DNA of 64,000 nt from Eledone cirrhosa (taxonomy: Eukaryota). The stretch covers positions 415,338,001 through 415,402,000 of the forward strand of contig OZ024741.1 in the NCBI GenBank assembly GCA_964016885.1. The letters run 5' to 3'. Numbering within the stretch: the stretch's first letter is position 1; every line of letters starts with the position of its first letter. Under the pieces are notes generated by a model. The model was given only the letters and a program-made list of their open reading frames with translations. It searched no databases and had not been told where the DNA came from. The translations under genes and the position numbers were made by a program. Positions 1-9,670 of the stretch are shown piece by piece.

Positions 1-181
1 TTACCAACCTGGTCAACACTAACCAGGACTATTACCTACAGTTGTCTTAACCCTTTAGTTACCAACCTGGTCAACACTTACCAGGACTATTACCTACAGT
101 TGTCTTAACCCTTTAGTTACAAACCTTTTCAACAATAACCAGGACTATTACCTACAGTTGTCTTAACCCTTTAGTTACCAA

Positions 182-201
182 CCTGGTCAACACTGACCAG
201 A
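182..201. repeat. Intra-monomer inverted repeat CCTGGTCA-ACAC-TGACCAGG (monomer positions 8-27; representative location, where G27A leaves a 7-bp stem)
   Basis: The reverse complement of CCTGGTCA is TGACCAGG. A perfect 8-bp stem with a 4-nt loop occurs in G21/G27 monomers (e.g. 240-259). A21 and T21 monomers have one mismatch. Confidence 0.95.
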
Positions 202-406
202 ACTATTACCTACAGTTGTCTTAACCCTTTAGTTACTAACCTGGTCAACACTGACCAGGACTATTACCTACAGTTGTCTTAACCCTTTAGTTCCCAACCT
301 GGTCAACACTTACCAGGACTATTACCTACAGTTGTCTTAACCCTTTAGTTACCAACCTGGTCAACACTAACCAGGACTATTACCTACAGTTGTCTTAACC
401 CTTTAG

Positions 407-1158
407 TTACCAGTCTGGTCAACACTAACCAGGACTATTACCTACAGTTGTCTTAACACTTTAGTTACCAATCTGGTCAACACTGACCAGGACTATTACC
501 TACAGTTCTCTTAACCCTTTAGTTACCAGCCTGGTCAACACTGACCAGCACTATTATCTACAGTTGTCTTAACCCTTTGGTTACCAACCTGGTCAACACT
601 GACCAGCACTATTATCTACAGTTGTCGTAACCCTTTAGTTACCAACCTGGTCAACACTGACCAGGACTATTACCTACAGTTGTCTTAACCCTTTAGTTAC
701 CAACCTGGTCAACACTGACCAGAACTATTAGCTACAGTTGTCTTAACCCTTTAGTTACCAACCTAGTCAACACTAACCAGGACTATTACCTACAGTTGTC
801 TTAACCCTTTAGTTACCAACCTGGTCAACACTTACCAGGACTATTACCTACAGTTGTCTTAACCCTTTAGTTACAAACCTGGTCAACAATAACCAGGACT
901 ATTACCTACAGTTGTCTTAACCCTTTAGTTACCAACCTGGTCAACACTGACCAGGACTTACCTACAGTTGTCTTAACCCTTTAGTTACTAACCTGGTCAA
1001 CACTGACCAGGACTATTACCTACAGTTGTCTTAACCCTTTAGTTACAAACCTGGTCAACACTTACCAGGACTATTACCTACAGTTGTCTTAACCCTTTAG
1101 TTACCAACCTGGTCAACACTAACCAGGACTATTACCTACAGTTGTCTTAACCCTTTAG
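407..1158. repeat. Basic ~13-monomer (752-754 bp) higher-order repeat unit, representative copy
   Basis: Fixed order of variant monomers: AGTCT..AACACTTT, AATCT..GTTCTC, AGCCT..CAGCAC..TTTGG, CAGCAC..GTCGT, consensus, CAGAAC..TTAGCT, A21, T21, ACAAAC..AATAA, G21, ACTAAC, T21, A21. The GTTCTC marker recurs at 508/1260, 5143/5895, 21155/21907 (752 bp) and at 22371/23125, 42679/43433 (754 bp). Derived spacings of 8, 9 and 18 monomers also occur. Confidence 0.85.
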
Positions 1159-4100
1159 TTACCTGTCTGGTCAACACTAACCAGGACTATTACCTAGAGT
1201 TGTCTTAACACTTTAGTTACCAATCTGGTCAACACTGACCAGGACTATTACCTACAGTTCTCTTAACCCTTTAGTTACCAGCCTGGTCAACACTGACCAG
1301 CACTATTATCTACAGTTGTCTTAACCCTTTGGTTACCAACCTGGTCAACACTGACCAGCACTATTATCTACAGTTGTCGTAACCCTTTAGTTACCAACCT
1401 GGTCAACACTGACCAGGACTATTACCTACAGTTGTCTTAACCCTTTAGTTACCAACCTGGTCAACACTAACCAGGACTATTACCTACAGTTGTCTTAACC
1501 CTTTAGTTACCAACCTGGTCAACACTTACCAGGACTATTACCTACTGTTGTCTTAACCCTTTAGTTACAAACCTGGTCAACAATAACCAGGACTATTACC
1601 TACAGTTGTCTTAACCCTTTAGTTACCAACCTGGTCAACACTGACCAGGACTATTACCTACAGTTGTCTTAACCCTTTAGTTACTAACCTGGTCAACACT
1701 GACCAGGACTATTACCTACAGTTGTCCTAACCCTTTAGTTACCAATCTGGTCAACACTAGCCAGGACTATTATCTACAGTTGTCTTAACCCTTTAGTTAC
1801 CAACCTGGTCAACACTTACCAGGACTATTACCTACAGTTGTCTTAACCCTTTAGTTACCAACCTGGTCAACACTTACCAGGACTATTACCTACAGTTGTC
1901 TTAACCCTTTAGTTACAAACCTGGTCAACACTGACCAGGACTATTACCTACAGGTGTCTTAACCCTTTAGTTACTAACCTGGTCAACACTGACCAGGACT
2001 ATTACCTACAGTTGTCCTAACCCTTTAGTTACCAATCTGGTCAACACTAACCAGGACTATTATCTACAGTTGTCTTAACCCTTTAGTTACCAACCTGGTC
2101 AACACTTACCAGGACTATTACCTACAGTTGCCTTAACCATTTAGTTACCAACCTGGTCAACACTAACCAGGACTATTACCTACAGTTGTCTTAATCCTTT
2201 AGTTACCAGTCTGGTCAACACTAACCAGGACTATTACCTACAGTTGTCTTAACAATTTAGTTACCAATCTGGTCAACACTGACCAGGACTATTACCTACA
2301 GTTCTCTTAACCCTTTAGTTACCAGCCCGGTCAACACTGACCAGCACTATTATCTACAGTCTTAACCCTTTGGTTACCAACCTGGTCAACACTGACCAGC
2401 ACTATTATGTACAGTTGTCTTAACCCTTTAGTTACCAACCTGGTCAACACTGACCAGGACTATTACCTACAGTTGTCTTAACCCTTTAGTTACCAACCTG
2501 CTCAACACTGACCAGAACTATTAGCTACAGTTGTCTTAACCCTTTAGTTCCCAACCTGGTCAACACTTACCAGGACTATTACCTACAGTTGTCTTAACCC
2601 TTTAGTTACCAACCTGGTCAACACTAACCAGGACTATTACCTACAGTTGTCTTAACCCTTTAGTTACCAGTCTGGTCAACACTAACCAGGACTATTACCT
2701 ACAGTTGTCTTAACACTTTAGTTACCAATCTGGTCAACACTGACCAGGACTATTACCTACAGTTCTCTTAACCCTTTAGTTACCAGCCTGGTCAACACTG
2801 ACCAGCACTATTATCTACAGTTGTCTTAACCCTTTGGTTACCAACCTGGTCAACACTGACCAGCACTATTATCTACAGTTGTCGTAACCCTTTAGTTACC
2901 AACCTGGTCAACACTGACCAGGACTATTACCTACAGTTGTCTTAACCCTTTAGTTACCAACCTGGTCAACACTGACCAGGACTATTACCTACAGTTGTCT
3001 TAACCCTTTAGTTACTAACCTGGTCAACACTGACCAGGACTATTACCTACAGTTGTCCTAACCCTTTAGTTACCAATCTGCTCAACACTAGCCAGGACTA
3101 TTATCTACAGTTGTCTTAACCCTTTAGTTACCAACCTGGTCAACACTTACCAGGACTATTACCTACAGTTGTCTTAACCCTTTAGTTACCAACCTGGTCA
3201 ACACTTACCAGGACTATTACCTACAGTTGTCTTAACCCTTTAGTTACAAACCTGGTCAACACTGACCAGGACTATTACCTACAGTTGTCTTAACCCTTTA
3301 GTTACTAACCTGCTCAACACTGACCAGGACTATTACCTACAGTTGTCCTAACCCTTTAGTTACCAATCTGGTCAACACTAACCAGGACTATTATCTACAG
3401 TTGTCTTAACCCTTTAGTTACCAACCTGGTCAACACTTACCAGGACTATTACCTACAGTTGCCTTAACCCTTTAGTTACCAACCTGGTCAACACTAACCA
3501 GGACTATTACCTACAGTTGTCTTAAACCTTTAGTTTCCAACCTGGTCAACACAGACCAGGACTATTACCTACAGTTGTCTTAACCCTTTAGTTACCAACC
3601 CAGTCAACACTAACCAGGACGATTACCTACAGTTCTCTTAACCCTTTAGTTACCAACCTGGTCAACACTTACCAGCACTATTATCTACAGTTGTCTTAAG
3701 CCTTTAGTTAACAGTCTGGTCAACACTGACCAGCACTATTATCTACAGTTGTCTTAACCCTTTAGTTACCAGTCTAGTCAACACTGACCAGCACTATTAT
3801 CTACAGTTGTCGTAACACTTTAGTTACCAACCTGGTCAACACTTACCAGGACTATTACCTACAGTTGATGTAACCCTTTAGTTACCAACCTGGTCAACAC
3901 TAACCAGGACTATTACCTACAGTTGTCTTAACCCTTTAAATTCCAACCTGGTCAACACTGACCAGGACTATTGCCTACAGTTGTCTTAAGCCTTTAGTTA
4001 CCAACCTGGTCAACACTGACCAGGACTATTGCCTACATTTGTCTTAACCCTTTAGTTACCAACCTGGTCAACACTGACCAGAACTATTGCCTACAGTTGT

Positions 4101-4991
4101 CTTAACCCTTTAGTTACCAACCTGGTCAACACTGACCAGGACTATTACCTACAGTTGTCTTAACCCTTTAGTTACCAACCTGGTCAACACTGACCAGGAC
4201 TATTACCTACAGTTCTCTTAACCCTTTAGTTACCAGTCTGGTCAACACTGACCAGCACTATTATCTACAGTTGTCTTAACCCTTTAGTTACCAACCTGGT
4301 CAACATTTACCAGGACTATTACCTACAGTTGTCTTAACCCTTTAGTTACCAACCTGGTCAACACTGACCAGGACTATTACCTACAGTTGTCTTAACCCTT
4401 TAGTTACCAACCTGGTCAACACTTACCAGGACTATTACCTACAGTTGTCTTAACCCTTTAGTTACCAACCTGGTCAACACTAACCAGGACTATTACCTAC
4501 AGGTGTCTTAACCCTTTAGTTACCAACCTGGTCAACACTAACCAGGACTATTACCTACAGTTGTCTTAACCCTTTAGTTACCAACCTGGTCAACACTTAC
4601 CAGGACTATTACCTACAGTTGTCTTAACCCTTTAGTTACAAACCTGGTCAATAATAACCAGGACTATTACCTACAGTTGTCTTAACCCTTTAGTTACCAA
4701 CCTGGTCAAGACTGACCAGGACTATTACCTACAGTTGTCTTAACCCTTTAGTTACAAACCTTTTCAACAATAACCAGGACTATTACCTACAGTTGTCTTA
4801 ACCCTTTAGTTACCAACCTGGTCAACACTGACCAGAACTATTACCTACAGTTGTCTTAACCCTTTAGTTACTAACCTGGTCAACACTGACCAGGACTATT
4901 ACCTACAGTTGTCTTAACCCTTTAGTTCCCAACCTGGTCAACACTTACCAGGACTATTACCTACAGTTGTCTTAACCCTTTAGTTACCAAC

Positions 4992-7900
4992 CTGGTCAAC
5001 ACTAACCAGGACTATTACCTACAGTTGTCTTAACCCTTTAGTTACCAGTCTGGTCAACACTAACCAGGACTATTACCTACAGTTGTCTTAACACTTTAGT
5101 TACCAATCTGGTCAACACTGACCAGGACTATTACCTACAGTTCTCTTAACCCTTTAGTTACCAGCCTGGTCAACACTGACCAGCACTATTATCTACAGTT
5201 GTCTTAACCCTTTGGTTACCAACCTGGTCAACACTGACCAGCACTATTATCTACAGTTGTCGTAACCCTTTAGTTACCAACCTGGTCAACACTGACCAGG
5301 ACTATTACCTACAGTTGTCTTAACCCTTTAGTTACCAACCTGGTCAACACTGACCAGAACTATTAGCTACAGTTGTCTTAACCCTTTAGTTACCAACCTA
5401 GTCAACACTAACCAGGACTATTACCTACAGTTGTCTTAACCCTTTAGTTACCAACCTGGTCAACACTTACCAGGACTATTACCTACAGTTGTCTTAACCC
5501 TTTAGTTACAAACCTGGTCAACAATAACCAGGACTATTACCTACAGTTGTCTTAACCCTTTAGTTACCAACCTGGTCAACACTGACCAGGACTTACCTAC
5601 AGTTGTCTTAACCCTTTAGTTACTAACCTGGTCAACACTGACCAGGACTATTACCTACAGTTGTCTTAACCCTTTAGTTACAAACCTTTTCACCAATAAC
5701 CAGGACTATTACCTACAGTTGTCTTAACCCTTTAGTTACCAACCTGGTCAACACTGACCAGAACTATTACCTACAGTTGTCTTAACCCTTTAGTTACCTG
5801 TCTGGTCAACACTAACCAGGACTATTACCTAGAGTTGTCTTAACACTTTAGTTACCAATCTGGTCAACACTGACCAGGACTATTACCTACAGTTCTCTTA
5901 ACCCTTTAGTTACCAGCCTGGTCAACACTGACCAGCACTATTATCTACAGTTGTCTTAACCCTTTGGTTACCAACCTGGTCAACACTGACCAGCACTATT
6001 ATCTACAGTTGTCGTAACCCTTTAGTTACCAACCTGGTCAACACTGACCAGGACTATTACCTACAGTTGTCTTAACCCTTTAGTTACCAACCTGGTCAAC
6101 ACTAACCAGGACTATTACCTACAGTTGTCTTAACCCTTTAGTTACCAACCTGGTCAACACTTACCAGGACTATTACCTACTGTTGTCTTAACCCTTTAGT
6201 TACAAACCTGGTCAACAATAACCAGGACTATTACCTACAGTTGTCTTAACCCTTTAGTTACCAACCTGGTCAACACTGACCAGGACTATTACCTACAGTT
6301 GTCTTAACCCTTTAGTTACTAACCTGGTCAACACTGACCAGGACTATTACCTACAGTTGTCCTAACCCTTTAGTTACCAATCTGGTCAACACTAGCCAGG
6401 ACTATTATCTACAGTTGTCTTAACCCTTTAGTTACCAACCTGGTCAACACTTACCAGGACTATTACCTACAGTTGTCTTAACCCTTTAGTTACCAACCTG
6501 GTCAACACTTACCAGGACTATTACCTACAGTTGTCTTAACCCTTTAGTTACAAACCTGGTCAACACTGACCAGGACTATTACCTACAGGTGTCTTAACCC
6601 TTTAGTTACTAACCTGGTCAACACTGACCAGGACTATTACCTACAGTTGTCCTAACCCTTTAGTTACCAATCTGGTCAACACTAACCAGGACTATTATCT
6701 ACAGTTGTCTTAACCCTTTAGTTACCAACCTGGTCAACACTTACCAGGACTATTACCTACAGTTGCCTTAACCCTTTAGTTACCAACCTGGTCAACACTA
6801 ACCAGGACTATTACCTACAGTTGTCTTAATCCTTTAGTTACCAGTCTGGTCAACACTAACCAGGACTATTACCTACAGTTGTCTTAACAATTTAGTTACC
6901 AATCTGGTCAACACTGACCAGGACTATTACCTACAGTTCTCTTAACCCTTTAGTTACCAGCCCGGTCAACACTGACCAGCACTATTATCTACAGTTGTCT
7001 TAACCCTTTGGTTACCAACCTGGTCAACACTGACCAGCACTATTATGTACAGTTGTCTTAACCCTTTAGTTACCAACCTGGTCAACACTGACCAGGACTA
7101 TTACCTACAGTTGTCTTAACCCTTTAGTTACCAACCTGCTCAACACTGACCAGAACTATTAGCTACAGTTGTCTTAACCCTTTAGTTCCCAACCTGGTCA
7201 ACACTTACCAGGACTATTACCTACAGTTGTCTTAACCCTTTAGTTACCAACCTGGTCAACACTAACCAGGACTATTACCTACAGTTGTCTTAACCCTTTA
7301 GTTACCAGTCTGGTCAACACTAACCAGGACTATTACCTACAGTTGTCTTAACCCTTTAGTTACCAGTCTGGTCAACACTAACCAGGACTATTACCTACAG
7401 TTGTCTTAACACTTTAGTTACCAATCTGGTCAACACTGACCAGGACTATTACCTACAGTTCTCTTAACCCTTTAGTTACCAGCCTGGTCAACACTGACCA
7501 GCACTATTATCTACAGTTGTCTTAACCCTTTGGTTACCAACCTGGTCAACACTGACCAGCACTATTATCTACAGTTGTCGTAACCCTTTAGTTACCAACC
7601 TGGTCAACACTGACCAGGACTATTACCTACAGTTGTCTTAACCCTTTAGTTACCAACCTGGTCAACACTGACCAGAACTATTAGCTACAGTTGTCTTAAC
7701 CCTTTAGTTACCAACCTAGTCAACACTAACCAGGACTATTACCTACAGTTGTCTTAACCCTTTAGTTACCAACCTGGTCAACACTTACCAGGACTATTAC
7801 CTACAGTTGTCTTAACCCTTTAGTTACAAACCTGGTCAACAATAACCAGGACTATTACCTACAGTTGTCTTAACCCTTTAGTTACCAACCTGGTCAACAC

Positions 7901-9670
7901 TGACCAGGACTTACCTACAGTTGTCTTAACCCTTTAGTTACTAACCTGGTCAACACTGACCAGGACTATTACCTACAGTTGTCTTAACCCTTTAGTTACA
8001 AACCTTTTCAACAATAACCAGGACTATTACCTACAGTTGTCTTAACCCTTTAGTTACCAACCTGGTCAACACTGACCAGAACTATTACCTACAGTTGTCT
8101 TAACCCTTTAGTTACCTGTCTGGTCAACACTAACCAGGACTATTACCTAGAGTTGTCTTAACACTTTAGTTACCAATCTGGTCAACACTGACCAGGACTA
8201 TTACCTACAGTTCTCTTAACCCTTTAGTTACCAGCCTGGTCAACACTGACCAGCACTATTATCTACAGTTGTCTTAACCCTTTGGTTACCAACCTGGTCA
8301 ACACTGACCAGCACTATTATCTACAGTTGTCGTAACCCTTTAGTTACCAACCTGGTCAACACTGACCAGGACTATTACCTACAGTTGTCTTAACCCTTTA
8401 GTTACCAACCTGGTCAACACTAACCAGGACTATTACCTACAGTTGTCTTAACCCTTTAGTTACCAACCTGGTCAACACTTACCAGGACTATTACCTACTG
8501 TTGTCTTAACCCTTTAGTTACAAACCTGGTCAACAATAACCAGGACTATTACCTACAGTTGTCTTAACCCTTTAGTTACCAACCTGGTCAACACTGACCA
8601 GGACTATTACCTACAGTTGTCTTAACCCTTTAGTTACTAACCTGGTCAACACTGACCAGGACTATTACCTACAGTTGTCCTAACCCTTTAGTTACCAATC
8701 TGGTCAACACTAGCCAGGACTATTATCTACAGTTGTCTTAACCCTTTAGTTACCAACCTGGTCAACACTTACCAGGACTATTACCTACAGTTGTCTTAAC
8801 CCTTTAGTTACCAACCTGGTCAACACTTACCAGGACTATTACCTACAGTTGTCTTAACCCTTTAGTTACAAACCTGGTCAACACTGACCAGGACTATTAC
8901 CTACAGGTGTCTTAACCCTTTAGTTACTAACCTGGTCAACACTGACCAGGACTATTACCTACAGTTGTCCTAACCCTTTAGTTACCAATCTGGTCAACAC
9001 TAACCAGGACTATTATCTACAGTTGTCTTAACCCTTTAGTTACCAACCTGGTCAACACTTACCAGGACTATTACCTACAGTTGCCTTAACCCTTTAGTTA
9101 CCAACCTGGTCAACACTAACCAGGACTATTACCTACAGTTGTCTTAATCCTTTAGTTACCAGTCTGGTCAACACTAACCAGGACTATTACCTACAGTTGT
9201 CTTAACAATTTAGTTACCAATCTGGTCAACACTGACCAGGACTATTACCTACAGTTCTCTTAACCCTTTAGTTACCAGCCCGGTCAACACTGACCAGCAC
9301 TATTATCTACAGTTGTCTTAACCCTTTGGTTACCAACCTGGTCAACACTGACCAGCACTATTATGTACAGTTGTCTTAACCCTTTAGTTACCAACCTGGT
9401 CAACACTGACCAGGACTATTACCTACAGTTGTCTTAACCCTTTAGTTACCAACCTGCTCAACACTGACCAGAACTATTAGCTACAGTTGTCTTAACCCTT
9501 TAGTTCCCAACCTGGTCAACACTTACCAGGACTATTACCTACAGTTGTCTTAACCCTTTAGTTACCAACCTGGTCAACACTAACCAGGACTATTACCTAC
9601 AGTTGTCTTAACCCTTTAGTTACCAGTCTGGTCAACACTAACCAGGACTATTACCTACAGTTGTCTTAAC
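4992..9670. repeat. Tandem duplication of a 2318-bp (40-monomer) segment
   Basis: Markers are offset by 2318, e.g. the 2-bp-deletion monomer at 5591/7909 and GTTCTC at 5895/8213. One visible difference: CACCAATAA near 5691. Confidence 0.85.

Noticed and set aside
39-44. E-box/MYB site CAGTTG
   Set aside because: A 6-bp motif is expected by chance, and it is disrupted in several common variants (GTTCTC, CAGGTG, GAGTTG).
47-56. piggyBac-like terminus (TTAA followed by CCCTTT)
   Set aside because: There is no opposing inverted terminus (AAAGGG-TTAA on the + strand) and no transposase. A 10-bp resemblance is insufficient, although a transposon-end origin of the monomer cannot be excluded.
243-256. 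Estrogen or nuclear-receptor response element (GGTCA-n-TGACC)
   Set aside because: The spacer is 4 nt (ACAC) rather than the canonical 3, and the half-sites are TGGTCA rather than AGGTCA. There is no gene context.
240-270. Rho-independent terminator, tRNA or other structured RNA gene
   Set aside because: The hairpin lacks a following U-tract on either strand. No cloverleaf or Pol III box pattern was recognised.
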